55,713 nucleotides of DNA from Acidobacteriota bacterium (GTDB lineage: Bacteria; Acidobacteriota; Terriglobia; Terriglobales; Acidobacteriaceae). The position numbers and the translations under genes were made by a program. The stretch's first letter is position 1. Each line of letters starts with the position of its first letter. This document shows, piece by piece, positions 21,505 through 31,555 of the stretch. A model generated the notes under the pieces. That model was not told where the DNA came from. It was given only the letters and a program-made list of their open reading frames with translations, and did not search any database. The stretch spans positions 1 to 55,713 of the forward strand of contig JAJZCY010000001.1 of NCBI GenBank assembly GCA_021828835.1, in the 5' to 3' direction.

Positions 21505-22374
21505 GTGAACGACCCGCACGATCAGCGCCTGCGCCTTGCGGCGATCAACTTTCTTAATCCCGCGCCCCTTATGTGGGATTTCGAGCACCCGCCCCTCGAT
21601 CGCGAGCTCGCCCGCCGCTACCGCATCGACCGCATGCTGCCCTCCGAGTGCGCCGCGCGGCTGGCCTCGGGTCAGGCCGACCTCGGTCTCATCCCCATTG
21701 CCGCGCTCGCAGCCAACCCGCAACTGCGCATCGTGCCCGGCTGCACTATCGCCTCCAAAGACCGCGTACGCTCGCTGCTGCTGGTGCACCGGGCATCGCA
21801 GCCACTGACCGCCATCCGCTCCGTCGCCGCCGACACCGCCAGCCGCACCACCGTCACCTACGCCCGCCTGCTCTTCCGCCTGTGGGGCAATCCCGATGTC
21901 CCCTTCCTGCCGCTGGCCGCCGATCTCGACCAGATGCTGGCCCGCGCCGACGCCGCCATCGTCATCGGCGACCCGGCCCTGCTCGCTCTCGAAGAGCGCT
22001 CCAACCGCTTCGAACGCACCGGAGAAGAGCTGGTCTATCACGACATCGCCCACGAGTGGCACACACTCACCGGGCTGCCCTTCGTCTCCGCGGTCTGGGG
22101 TGCTGCGCACGGCAGCCCTTTGGATGAGAGCATTGCCAAAGATTTCATCCGCTCCCGCGACCACGGCCTCCAGAACATCGACACCCTCGCGCACGAGTGG
22201 GCCGGCCGCCTGCCCATTCCGGAGAGCACCATCCACGAATACCTTTCCAGCAATATTCACTACGTCCTGGACGAAGAATGTCTGGAAGGCATGCGCGGCT
22301 TCTATCGCATGGCAGCCGAGGCCGGCGTGCTGCCCGCCTACGACTTCTCCACCCGCCTGCTGCCCGTTTCCTAG
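21505..22374 (+). CDS. mqnA: Chorismate dehydratase (futalosine menaquinone pathway)
   Basis: INFLNPAPL, PSECA..L..G.AD.GLIP, V.S.LL, SRT, IGDPAL, W...TGLPFV.AVW. Confidence 0.82.
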   Translation: MNDPHDQRLRLAAINFLNPAPLMWDFEHPPLDRELARRYRIDRMLPSECAARLASGQADLGLIPIAALAANPQLRIVPGCTIASKDRVRSLLLVHRASQPLTAIRSVAADTASRTTVTYARLLFRLWGNPDVPFLPLAADLDQMLARADAAIVIGDPALLALEERSNRFERTGEELVYHDIAHEWHTLTGLPFVSAVWGAAHGSPLDESIAKDFIRSRDHGLQNIDTLAHEWAGRLPIPESTIHEYLSSNIHYVLDEECLEGMRGFYRMAAEAGVLPAYDFSTRLLPVS

Positions 22375-22486
22375 CAAGCTGCCGAGGTGTAACCTCTCTC
22401 CTTTCCACAAGACCGAAACGGCGCGCCCACTCTCGGCAACGGGCATCTTCCTCCCCGGCATCGCAAGAGACGAGGAGGTTTTCTCA

Positions 22487-22924
22487 ATGCATCGTTTCCC
22501 ACTCTTTGCCTTGGCTGCGGCCGCGCTGTTGTTCTTGGTGCTCACCGCCCCGGCAGCCCACGCCATCATCAACAGCACGGTTCAGGCACGTCTGACGCAT
22601 CCTTTCATCGTCGGCAACACCACTCTTCCACCCGGCGAGTATGACTTTCGCATGGTGCACGGAACGGACCATCGCGTCATGAGCATCAGCAACATGCAGA
22701 ACACCGTAAATGTGGAGTTTCTGGTGCGCGCCTGCACCGACAGCCAGACGCCCCGCCATTCCGAACTGGTCTTCAACCGCTATGGCAAAAACGAGGTCCT
22801 CACCAACGTCTATGACTCCGGCAACAAGTACGGCGAAGCGGTGATCGAGCCGTCGCACATCCTGGACCGGCTCAAAAAGGACGATCCCAAGCCCTACCAG
22901 CACACCGAGCAACAGAGCCAGTAA
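22487..22924 (+). CDS. Secreted hypothetical protein
   Basis: GAGGAGG SD, signal peptide ending AHA, PF.VG..TLP.GEY and LVF.RYG motifs. Confidence 0.7.
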   Translation: MHRFPLFALAAAALLFLVLTAPAAHAIINSTVQARLTHPFIVGNTTLPPGEYDFRMVHGTDHRVMSISNMQNTVNVEFLVRACTDSQTPRHSELVFNRYGKNEVLTNVYDSGNKYGEAVIEPSHILDRLKKDDPKPYQHTEQQSQ

Positions 22925-23187
22925 GCCCGCTCAGCGCAGGCCGCACCGCCGCTCCCGAATCCGCGGCGGTGACGGTCGGCGGCGGCGCTCCCGGTTCGCT
23001 TCCTCGGCGCCTTGCCTGCTCCTCCTAAATCCCTTCCTCTGAGCGCTTTTCGTCCCTGCTGCGTCTCCAGCACAGGTACAGCGCAATTTGCAGTTTGCGG
23101 AAAGCTCGCCGCCCCCTTCTTCTGTTTGCCGGATGCGATTCCGGTGCGCCGGGCGTCTAAACTGCAATCAGAGAACAAGGGGGCTGC

Positions 23188-24378
23188 ATGAGATTGGGTT
23201 GGCACGCGCGTTGGTTGCTGGCAGTGATTCCGTTCCTGGCTGGCTGCTCCGGCTTCTGGGATGCTCCCGGCACCTCCGGCTCCGGAACCGGCGGCTGCAC
23301 CACCAACTGCACCACCGCCTCCAGCGGCGCGTTCTACATCCTCAGCAGTGGAGCCGCGCCCCAGGTGGCGGGCGGCACCATCGTCTCCGGCAAGCTCAAT
23401 GGCATCTCCGGCAGCCCCTGGCTGCTGACCAATGCGCCGTACTCCATGGCCATTTCCCCCAATGGCGGTTTTCTCTACGTCAGCACCACTCTGGGCGTCT
23501 TCGCCTATCCCATCGTGAACAGCGTGCTCGGCGCGGCAACCCAGCTCACGCAGGATGACAATGCCCTGGGAATCCAGATCGACTCCACGGGCAACTGGCT
23601 GATCGAAGCCCAACAGGTCACCGGCGGCATCACCATGGCCGCCCTTCCGCTGAACGCGTACACCGGCGCCGCGGCCGGGATAGAGGTGACCACCAGCTAC
23701 GCCATGGCCAATACCACCGCGGCTGTCCAGAGCAGGCTGGCCATCTCCCCGGATAACAAGAACATCTTTGTCCCGCTGGGCGGCGGCGGAGTCATGGTGG
23801 TTCCGTTTTTCGCCACCGCAGGCGCCGGGGTAAGCCCGTTCGGAAACGCCACGCTGATCCCCGTAGCAAACGCCGGCGGTTCATCCCTCTCCGTCGCCGT
23901 CGATCCCAAGGGGCGGCTGTTCTACATTGGCCAAGTCGCCGGCGGCCCATCCGGCAGCGGCGGCGGTCTGCTCGCCTACTACTACAGTTCCCTGGGCGGC
24001 ACGCTCAAGCAGGCCAGCGGATCGCCCATCGCCAGCGGCGGCCTCGCCCCCAACGCCATCCTGCCCGATCCGGCCGGCGCTTTCGTTTATGTAGCCAACG
24101 GCCAGGGCGTCGGCACGGCAGGCAACATCACCTCTTTCTCCATCTCTGCCTCCGGCTCCACCTACACCGTCGCCGCCACCGGCAGCAGCGTAGCCACCGG
24201 CACCCAGCCGCTTTCACTGGCCGAAGACAACAGCAGCCAATTTGTCTTCGACGCCGGCGGAGTCAGCAATCCGCACTTCGACGTATTCACCTTCAGCACC
24301 ACCACCCCGGGCAAGCTGGATTCGCAGTTCGTCTCCCCCGCAGCCGCTTCGCCACTCGCCATCGTGGCCGCTCCGTAG
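23188..24378 (+). CDS. Lipoprotein, lactonase-like beta-propeller
   Basis: Lipobox FLAGC; repeated blades (ISPNGGFLYV, ISPDNKNIFV, VDPKGRLFY, DPAGAFVYVAN). Confidence 0.75.
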   Translation: MRLGWHARWLLAVIPFLAGCSGFWDAPGTSGSGTGGCTTNCTTASSGAFYILSSGAAPQVAGGTIVSGKLNGISGSPWLLTNAPYSMAISPNGGFLYVSTTLGVFAYPIVNSVLGAATQLTQDDNALGIQIDSTGNWLIEAQQVTGGITMAALPLNAYTGAAAGIEVTTSYAMANTTAAVQSRLAISPDNKNIFVPLGGGGVMVVPFFATAGAGVSPFGNATLIPVANAGGSSLSVAVDPKGRLFYIGQVAGGPSGSGGGLLAYYYSSLGGTLKQASGSPIASGGLAPNAILPDPAGAFVYVANGQGVGTAGNITSFSISASGSTYTVAATGSSVATGTQPLSLAEDNSSQFVFDAGGVSNPHFDVFTFSTTTPGKLDSQFVSPAAASPLAIVAAP

Positions 24379-24501
24379 CATCGCTCAGCGTGCGCGGGCA
24401 CTTCTGAAACCATGGGACCGGTGCTGCGTCCAACCGTCAGACCGGCAGTTCAAAAAAACAAAACGGAGACGTTCCGCTGAAGCAGGCGGGCGATCTCCGA
24501 A

Positions 24502-25737
24502 GTGAATCCTGAATCCCCAGGTGCTATTCTCAAGGTGAAATTGCCTCCCGTGTTCAGTTGCCTTCCAGCCTCCTCTCGCGCGGTGTCGCGGTCCCGCAGT
24601 ACCCTGCTCCCCGTCTCTCTGCTGCTTGCCCTCAGCGTGCTCGCCTTCTTCGCGACGGGATGCAGGCGCCTTGCCGCGCCTCCGGAGAAGGTGTACGTCT
24701 GCGTGCGCCGCACCTATCTGCGCGATCGCGTCGCGGCGGTCTCCAACCGCACCGCCGAGGTGCTCAACGGGCAGACCCTGACGGTTCTCGAACATGGCCG
24801 CCGCTTTCTGCGCGTCCGCACGCCCGACGGCAAAACCGGCTGGATTGAGGATCACCTGGTCATCGACCAGAAAACCTACGATGCCTTCCAGAAGCTTGCA
24901 ACGGACAACAGGAACGACCCGGTCACTGCCACCGCGGTGCTGGACGACCAGCTCTACATGCACGTGTCCCCGGGGCGCGATACCGACCACTTCTACCTGC
25001 TGCCCGCCAACAGCAAAGTCACGCTGCTGATCCGCGCGTCCGTCCCCAAGTCCGGGCAGGCCCCCGCCTCGCTCGCGCGGCTGGCCGAGGCTGCGCCCCA
25101 GGGCGCTTCCGCAAAGGGCCAGGCATCAGGCCCGCAGCAGCCTCCGCCGCCCCCCATGGAAGACTGGTGGCTGGCGCGCGATGCCAAAGGCAACACCGGC
25201 TGGATGCTCGCCAGCCGCCTCTACATCGACGTGCCCGATGCCATCGCCGAGTACGGCGAGGGCCAGGACTTTGTGGGCGCCTGGAAGATCGCTACCATCA
25301 ACGACCCCCAGTCCGACGCGCCCAACCACGAAGTGCCGGAATACCTGACCGTCATGGCGCCGCCCCAGTCCGGTCTGCCCTTCGACTTCAACCAGGTGCG
25401 TATCTTCACCTGGAGCCGCAATCACCATCGCTACGAGACCGGCTTCCGCCTGCACCCCATCCAGGGCTTCCTCCCGGTAAAGATCTTCACCGCGCCCGGT
25501 CCCAAAGGCAGTGAGGTGCCGGCCTTCAGCTTCCTGCTGGGCTACAATGACAATGTGAAAGTCGATCCGGAGACCGGCGTGGCGCGCCCCGTCAACCCGC
25601 GGACGATCGAGTACGAACTGATCGACACGCAGGTCAAGCGCATCGGCCCGGACATGGCGCCCATTGAGATACGGCATGAAGGGGAGAAGCGGGCAGCGAA
25701 GAAGCTACACCACCCCGCGCGGCACAAGCGCCGTTAA
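24502..25737 (+). CDS. SH3 domain-containing exported protein (start uncertain)
   Basis: FATGC lipobox; SH3b-like segments (G..L.VLE..RRFLRVRT.DGKTGWI; WWLARD.KGNTGW). Confidence 0.7.
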   Translation: MNPESPGAILKVKLPPVFSCLPASSRAVSRSRSTLLPVSLLLALSVLAFFATGCRRLAAPPEKVYVCVRRTYLRDRVAAVSNRTAEVLNGQTLTVLEHGRRFLRVRTPDGKTGWIEDHLVIDQKTYDAFQKLATDNRNDPVTATAVLDDQLYMHVSPGRDTDHFYLLPANSKVTLLIRASVPKSGQAPASLARLAEAAPQGASAKGQASGPQQPPPPPMEDWWLARDAKGNTGWMLASRLYIDVPDAIAEYGEGQDFVGAWKIATINDPQSDAPNHEVPEYLTVMAPPQSGLPFDFNQVRIFTWSRNHHRYETGFRLHPIQGFLPVKIFTAPGPKGSEVPAFSFLLGYNDNVKVDPETGVARPVNPRTIEYELIDTQVKRIGPDMAPIEIRHEGEKRAAKKLHHPARHKRR

Positions 25738-25811
25738 AAAACAGCAGCTCGAAGATCCGCGGCGCTCGGCGCGTTCCCGCAACCAGCCTGCTCGTCCTGA
25801 GCGAGGCAGAA

Positions 25812-26312
25812 CTACTTGCCGATGACGTCCACGGCCACCGGCACCGTCTTGGGCGGCATGCACTGGGTGTTGTCGCAGGCCTGGTAGCGCAGCTTGGCGC
25901 GCACCAGGTGATTGCCCCGGCTGGCCAGCAGCCGCGCCCGGATCACGAAGTCTCCCGTGTAGACATTGAGCGGCGTTTTTGGATCCGAGGGCAGCCGCAC
26001 GTCGGCGCCCAGCGGATACGTAGCCGCCACCAGCTTCACGCCCGCGCCGGCGGGAATCGAGAAGACCGTAGGAATATAAAACTCGCTGCCCGGCTTATGC
26101 GACTGAATGTGCAACCCCGGCGCCACGCGGAAGTGCAAATCCACCGTGGACGTTTTGCCCGCTGCGAGCGTCACCTGCTCGGGGAACAGGTACTGAACCG
26201 CCTCCGTCTGCGCCGCCGCAGGACCCTGGCCGGTCTTCGCGATGAACTGCCCCCGCGCACCAAGGGCCGCGAAAGCCAATGCCACTACGACGATTCCCGT
26301 GAGCTTCTTCAT
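25812..26312 (-). CDS. DsbD N-terminal domain-like protein
   Basis: Signal peptide; V..G.HI.S, LRYQACD...C.PP. Confidence 0.8.
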   Translation of the reverse strand: MKKLTGIVVVALAFAALGARGQFIAKTGQGPAAAQTEAVQYLFPEQVTLAAGKTSTVDLHFRVAPGLHIQSHKPGSEFYIPTVFSIPAGAGVKLVAATYPLGADVRLPSDPKTPLNVYTGDFVIRARLLASRGNHLVRAKLRYQACDNTQCMPPKTVPVAVDVIGK

Positions 26313-26384
26313 CTCTGAACTTCCTTGATCGAGTCTTCAGTGCCTGGGCCTCGTATCCTGCCCCAGCAAAACTACAGCTACCCG

Positions 26385-27032
26385 CTACTCCGCCATCGCC
26401 TTCTTGACGTTGGCTTCCATGGCGCTCTCGGAGTCGATGCCCACCTGCGCCGCCACCACCACGCCTTTGCGATTTACGTAAAAGGATGTGGGCAGATCGT
26501 CCACTCCCCCGTACGGCTTTGAGAGGGTATCGCCACCCAGCAGCACCGGATACGGAATCTTCATCTGCGCGGCAAACTTTCTTACCTGGGCTTCATCCTG
26601 CTTCCACGTGTCGCTGCCCGGCTTGGCGCCGTCGCCTTCGCTGTCGATGCCCAGCACCTGAAATCCCTGCGCGGCATACTTCTTTTGCAAATCGACGAGC
26701 CAGGGCGTCTCCATCTTGCAGGGTCCGCACCACGTCGCCCAGAAGTTGATCAGAACCGCCTTGCCGCGGTAATCAGCCAGCGAAACCTTCTTGCCATTCA
26801 GATCGGTCAGCGTAAATGCAGGAGCCGGCTTGTTCTGGAGCGGCGACGCGTAACCGAGTGCTCCGCCGCCATCCGGCACCAGCATGCCCTGCAGGGCCTG
26901 GGCCGCGGCTCGCCGCTCCGCCTGCTGCCTGCGGTACTCCCAGTTGGCCCACCCGGCCCACAGGAAGGCAGCCAGAATCAAAAACACAAAACCGAGAACC
27001 ATCGTATTGCGGCGAACGGGGAAGGTACTCAT
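26385..27032 (-). CDS. TlpA-family thiol-disulfide reductase
   Basis: Membrane anchor; APAFTL.DL.GK.VSL, NFWATWCGPC, LPTSFY. Confidence 0.9.
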   Translation of the reverse strand: MSTFPVRRNTMVLGFVFLILAAFLWAGWANWEYRRQQAERRAAAQALQGMLVPDGGGALGYASPLQNKPAPAFTLTDLNGKKVSLADYRGKAVLINFWATWCGPCKMETPWLVDLQKKYAAQGFQVLGIDSEGDGAKPGSDTWKQDEAQVRKFAAQMKIPYPVLLGGDTLSKPYGGVDDLPTSFYVNRKGVVVAAQVGIDSESAMEANVKKAMAE

Positions 27033-27102
27033 ACACATATTGTAGGGACCCCGGAAGCGGGGAACAAGGAACCGGCGCACCAAGAGTTGCGGAAGCCGCC
27101 CT

Positions 27103-27175
27103 GTTCCCTCGTTCCCTCGTTCCCTCGTTCTCTCATTCCCTTGTTCCCTAGTTCCCTCGTTTCCCTCATTCCCTG
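27103..27175. repeat. Degenerate tandem 8-mer (GTTCCCTC), about 9 units
   Basis: gttccctc x3, gttctctc, attccctt, gttcccta, gttccctc, gtttccctc, attccctg in the tlpA/kdsD divergent region. Confidence 0.9.
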
Positions 27176-27199
27176 TCTTTCCTTTACCATCAGAGACCG

Positions 27200-28213
27200 A
27201 TGAGCCAGCCCAACTGCAAAGATCCCGCAGCCCTCCCGGCCAGCCTCTGTCCGGCGGAACTGGTGCGCACCGAAGCCGCCGCCCTGGAGGCGCTTGCCGC
27301 GCGGCTCGAGTGCACGATGGCTGCCGATTTCGATCGCGCCGTGGACATGATCCTGCGCTGCGGCAGCTCCAACGGCCGCGTGGTGGTCACCGGCATGGGC
27401 AAAAGCGGCATCATCGCCCAGAAGATCGCCGCCACCCTCAGCTCCACCGGCTCGCCGGCGCTCTTCCTGCACCCGGCGGAGGCCGTCCATGGCGACTTGG
27501 GCGTGCTGATGCCCGGCGACGTGGTGGTGGCGCTCTCGGCCAGCGGCGAGACAGAGGAGATTCTGCGCCTGCTGGCCACGCTCAAGCGCAAAGGCGACGC
27601 GCTCATCAGCTTCTGCTGCAACAGCGGCTCCACGCTCGCTCAGGCCAGCGACGTGGCCCTCGACTGCTCGGTGAAACGCGAAGCGTGCGGCCTGAATCTG
27701 GCGCCCACCGCTTCGACAACCACCATGCTGGCCCTGGGGGACGCCCTCGCCATCGCCGTGAGCCTGCGCAAGGGCTTCCGCGCCGAGGATTTTGCCGAAC
27801 TGCATCCCGGCGGCAAGCTGGGCAAACAGCTCGCCCGTGTCCGTGACCTGATGCACGCGGGCGAAGACATTCCCGTGGTTACGCCCGCGACACCGATGAC
27901 GGACGTGATCTTCACGATGTCGTCGAAGAAGCTGGGCATGACCACCGTGCAGCAGGACGGCCACTTGCGCGGCGTAATCAGCGATGGCGACCTGCGGAGA
28001 TTACTGGAGCGCGAAGGCGGCGCGGCCCTGAGCAAGACCGCCGGCGAAGCCATGAACCCCAAGCCGCGCACCATCCCTGCGAGTGAGCTGGCCGCCAAAG
28101 CGTTGGCCATCCTCGAAGAGCGCAAGATCACGTCGCTGGTCGTCGTCGATGCCGAACAGCGCGTCGAAGGCGTAGTCCACCTGCACGACCTGTGGGGCGT
28201 GGAGCTGATCTGA
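27200..28213 (+). CDS. kdsD: KpsF/GutQ-family arabinose-5-phosphate isomerase
   Basis: TGMGKSG, STG.PA.FLHP.EA.HGDLG, REAC..NLAPTAST, HPGG.LG, CBS pair. Confidence 0.9.
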   Translation: MSQPNCKDPAALPASLCPAELVRTEAAALEALAARLECTMAADFDRAVDMILRCGSSNGRVVVTGMGKSGIIAQKIAATLSSTGSPALFLHPAEAVHGDLGVLMPGDVVVALSASGETEEILRLLATLKRKGDALISFCCNSGSTLAQASDVALDCSVKREACGLNLAPTASTTTMLALGDALAIAVSLRKGFRAEDFAELHPGGKLGKQLARVRDLMHAGEDIPVVTPATPMTDVIFTMSSKKLGMTTVQQDGHLRGVISDGDLRRLLEREGGAALSKTAGEAMNPKPRTIPASELAAKALAILEERKITSLVVVDAEQRVEGVVHLHDLWGVELI

Positions 28214-28223
28214 GACCAATTCA

Positions 28224-29165
28224 ATGCCTCCGCAAAATGGGCCCGAGTACGATGCATGCCGAAACATCTCCTTTTTCCCCGAGGGAGATGTGCTGCTGGG
28301 ATGCGCCTGGATGCTGGTTCTGGTTGCCGATGCGGCAACGGCGCGGATGGCCAGCGTTTTCGCGCTGCGGTTCGTAGACGTAGCCTTTGGGGCCACACTG
28401 CTGCTGGCGGGCTTCGAGAGATCCAGTGTTCTGCTTTCGGCCGGCGCGGCGCTGCCCGCCTTCGGGCTCGAAATCTGGCTGCACATTCCGTGGTCGATCG
28501 CCGGTCTCCTGGCTCTCGGGTGGGGCAGTGTCGTCGCGCTGGCCCGGGATTCGCTTGGTGGCGAGCAGACCGCTCAGCAAAACCTGCGCGTCGCTCTGTT
28601 GCTGCCGATAGTTGCGCTCCTGGCGGATACGGCGAATGGCCTGATTGCGCAGATCACGCCGTACACCTACGATGCGGAGCTACTCAGACTCGACCACGGC
28701 GTGAGCACGGCGCTGCACAGGTGGGCCATGACGCAGACCTGGCGGACGATTGCCGTCGAAGCGATCTATTATGCTTTGCCCCTGGCGGTGGCGCTGGGAA
28801 TTCGGCTCTCCGCAGGGGGGGAACGAAGACGTCTTCTGTGGGCGCTGTGCATCGCACCGGTTCTGGGGTCGCTGTGCTTCGTTCTGGTGCCGGCAGTGGG
28901 GCAGGCGCATGTAACCCAGCCTCACGCCTATCGCAATTGCTTTCCCTCGCTGCACCTGACCTGGGCAGCGCTCCTATGGTTGAATGCCCGGCAGCGAGGG
29001 TGGCGAGCGGTTTGTCTTGCGTTTTTGCTGCTTACGGCGTTTGTGGCGCTGGCCACGGGAGAACACTATTGGCCCGATCTGGCGGCGGCGGTGCCGTTCA
29101 CGTTGCTCGTGCAGTGGCTCGCGGGGCCGCGGTGGAATAGGGACACAGGTAAATTTTCGAGCTGA
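28224..29165 (+). CDS. PAP2-superfamily (PAP2_3/AUR1-like) integral membrane protein; start uncertain
   Basis: Multiple TM helices; PA.G, FPSLH and EHYW.D motifs. Confidence 0.65.
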   Translation: MPPQNGPEYDACRNISFFPEGDVLLGCAWMLVLVADAATARMASVFALRFVDVAFGATLLLAGFERSSVLLSAGAALPAFGLEIWLHIPWSIAGLLALGWGSVVALARDSLGGEQTAQQNLRVALLLPIVALLADTANGLIAQITPYTYDAELLRLDHGVSTALHRWAMTQTWRTIAVEAIYYALPLAVALGIRLSAGGERRRLLWALCIAPVLGSLCFVLVPAVGQAHVTQPHAYRNCFPSLHLTWAALLWLNARQRGWRAVCLAFLLLTAFVALATGEHYWPDLAAAVPFTLLVQWLAGPRWNRDTGKFSS

Positions 29166-29603
29166 GCCAAGAAACGTGGTTCGCGCATGATCGTCGGCTG
29201 GGGAATACCAAGTTGTGCGACCCCATCCGCGCGAATCCAGGATATGGAAATGGGCAGTTTCACTGAAGAGGGGATATCCGGGGCGGGATCGCTTTGGCGT
29301 CCCGAATTTGATGAGGGATTTGCGGCCGTGGATGACCTCCGTCAACCATCCAGCGCCGCAGCCGAGAGGCTCCGGCGCGATTCGCCCGAATATTCCACCC
29401 CTACATGCCGAAAAATGGCTGGTGCGCGATAAGGCTGCGGCCCTTCGCAGGATTCCCGCCAGTCGAATGCCTTTGCGGGTTTGCCGAGAAGTGGCCTGAG
29501 CCGCGCTTCGATTCCGCCCAACATTTAAAATAGAACCTGCCCCAATTTGCTCGTCATTCGCCGGGCACCAAAACGGCGAATGGGAAAGTTTGCGCACTCC
29601 TTT

Positions 29604-31448
29604 ATGCATCGTTGGTCCAAGCTCTTTGTGCCCACCCTCCGCGAGGCCCCGGCCGACGCCGAAGTCGCCAGCCACAAGTTCCTGCTCCGCGCCGGCTACA
29701 TCCGCCAGCTCGGCGCCGGCATCTACAACTACCTCTTCCTCGGCCAGCGCTCGCTCAACAAGATCATCGCCATCGTGCGCCAGGAGATGGACACCATCGG
29801 CCAGGAGTTCTACCTGCCCGGCATCCTGCCCAAAGAGCCGTGGGTGGAGTCCGGCCGCTGGACCGGCATGGGCGACAACATGTTCCGCCTCAAGGACCGC
29901 AAGGGCGCCGAGCTCTGCCTGGGCATGACCCACGAAGAGATCATGACCACCATCGCCCGCAACGAGCTGCGCAGCTACAAGCAGTTGCCGCAGATCTGGT
30001 ATCAGATCCAGACCAAGTTCCGCGACGAGCCTCGCCCCAAGTCGGGCCTGCTGCGCGTCCGCCAGTTCACCATGAAGGACAGCTACTCCTTCGACCTCGA
30101 CCAGGCCGGCCTTGACAAGAGCTTCGACCTGCACGACCAGGTCTACCGCACCATCTTTCGCCGCTGCGGCCTCAAGTTCGTCGCCGTCGAGGCCGACTCC
30201 GGCTCCATGGGCGGCTCCCAGTCGCAGGAGTTCATGGTCTACACCGACGCCGGCGAGGACCTCATCGCAAGCTGCCCCGCCTGCGGCTACGCGGCCAACG
30301 TTGAAAAGGCAACCTCGCGCCTCGAACCGGTCACGGAACGTGAACCAACCGCCAACGCGCGAAAGAAGATCGATACTCCTGGAAAGGCTGCCATTGTCGA
30401 TATCGCGGCCTACCTAAATATGAGCCCGGCCAATGATATCAAGTGCGTAGCGTATATGGTGCTACGAGGATTTGGCCCTGGCCCTATGCTTGCCAATGTT
30501 GGATTGGGCCGCACGGAACCGGATTGGAGACCGGTTGCGGCGTTCTTACGCGGCGATCACTCCGTCAACGAGACAAAGTTACTCAAAACCGTCTATGGCA
30601 GAGAACTGCGTCCGATGACCGAAGAAGAGCTGAAGAAATACCTGCATGGCCCAGCCGGTTATTTGGGGCCCGTTGACCTGAAACCCATGAAGGTTGTGAA
30701 TCCGGGTTCAGAGACCCCTGCCTTTACGGACGGAGAGATAATCGTCGTCATCGACAAATCGCTCGAAGGCCGCAAGAATATGGTTTGCGGAGCAAACGAA
30801 CTCGACAAGCACTACGAGAACGTTACGCCAGACGTCGACTTCAAATGGACACTCTCCGCCGATATCCGCACGGTGAATGAGGGCGAGTTGTGCCCCAAGC
30901 CGGGCTGCGCGGGCAAGCTGGTGGTCGGCAAAGCGGTCGAGATCGGCCACATCTTCAAGCTCGGCTACAAGTACTCGCAGTCCATGGGCGCGCGCGTGCT
31001 CGACCCCAACGGCAAGGAAGTCACGCCCATTATGGGCAGCTACGGCATCGGCATCGAGCGCATCCTGACCTCGGCCATCGAGAGCTCCAATGACGCCAAC
31101 GGTTTCTGGCTGCCGGCCTCCATTGCCCCCTTTCAGGTCGTGGTCACCATCACCAACGTGGCCGACGAAGCCCTGCGCGCCACCGGCGAGCAGATCGCCG
31201 CCGAGCTTGAATCGGCAGGGCTTGACGTGCTGCTGGATGACAGAGACGAGCGTGCCGGCGTCAAATTCAAAGACGCCGATCTTGTGGGCATTCCCTACCG
31301 CATCAACGTAGGCAAAAAGGCCGCCTCCGGTCAGGTGGAGCTGGTCACGCGCGCCACCGCGTCCAGCACCGACCTCGCCATCGCCAATGTAACGGCTGCA
31401 TTGAAACACCAGATTGCCGAAGAGCAGCTTCTAGCCACCAGCTCCTAG
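29604..31448 (+). CDS. proS: Proline--tRNA ligase (bacterial type, with INS editing domain)
   Basis: [70 protein letters not shown]. Confidence 0.98.
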   Translation: MHRWSKLFVPTLREAPADAEVASHKFLLRAGYIRQLGAGIYNYLFLGQRSLNKIIAIVRQEMDTIGQEFYLPGILPKEPWVESGRWTGMGDNMFRLKDRKGAELCLGMTHEEIMTTIARNELRSYKQLPQIWYQIQTKFRDEPRPKSGLLRVRQFTMKDSYSFDLDQAGLDKSFDLHDQVYRTIFRRCGLKFVAVEADSGSMGGSQSQEFMVYTDAGEDLIASCPACGYAANVEKATSRLEPVTEREPTANARKKIDTPGKAAIVDIAAYLNMSPANDIKCVAYMVLRGFGPGPMLANVGLGRTEPDWRPVAAFLRGDHSVNETKLLKTVYGRELRPMTEEELKKYLHGPAGYLGPVDLKPMKVVNPGSETPAFTDGEIIVVIDKSLEGRKNMVCGANELDKHYENVTPDVDFKWTLSADIRTVNEGELCPKPGCAGKLVVGKAVEIGHIFKLGYKYSQSMGARVLDPNGKEVTPIMGSYGIGIERILTSAIESSNDANGFWLPASIAPFQVVVTITNVADEALRATGEQIAAELESAGLDVLLDDRDERAGVKFKDADLVGIPYRINVGKKAASGQVELVTRATASSTDLAIANVTAALKHQIAEEQLLATSS

Positions 31449-31555
31449 CCGGGGAGTGCATCAGAAGCCCAAGCGAATGGATGAGAGAAGTCGAGAACGC
31501 GACGATCGGCAAGAACGCTAGCAGCTAGAGGCTGATAGCTGGGAGCTGTTTTTTC

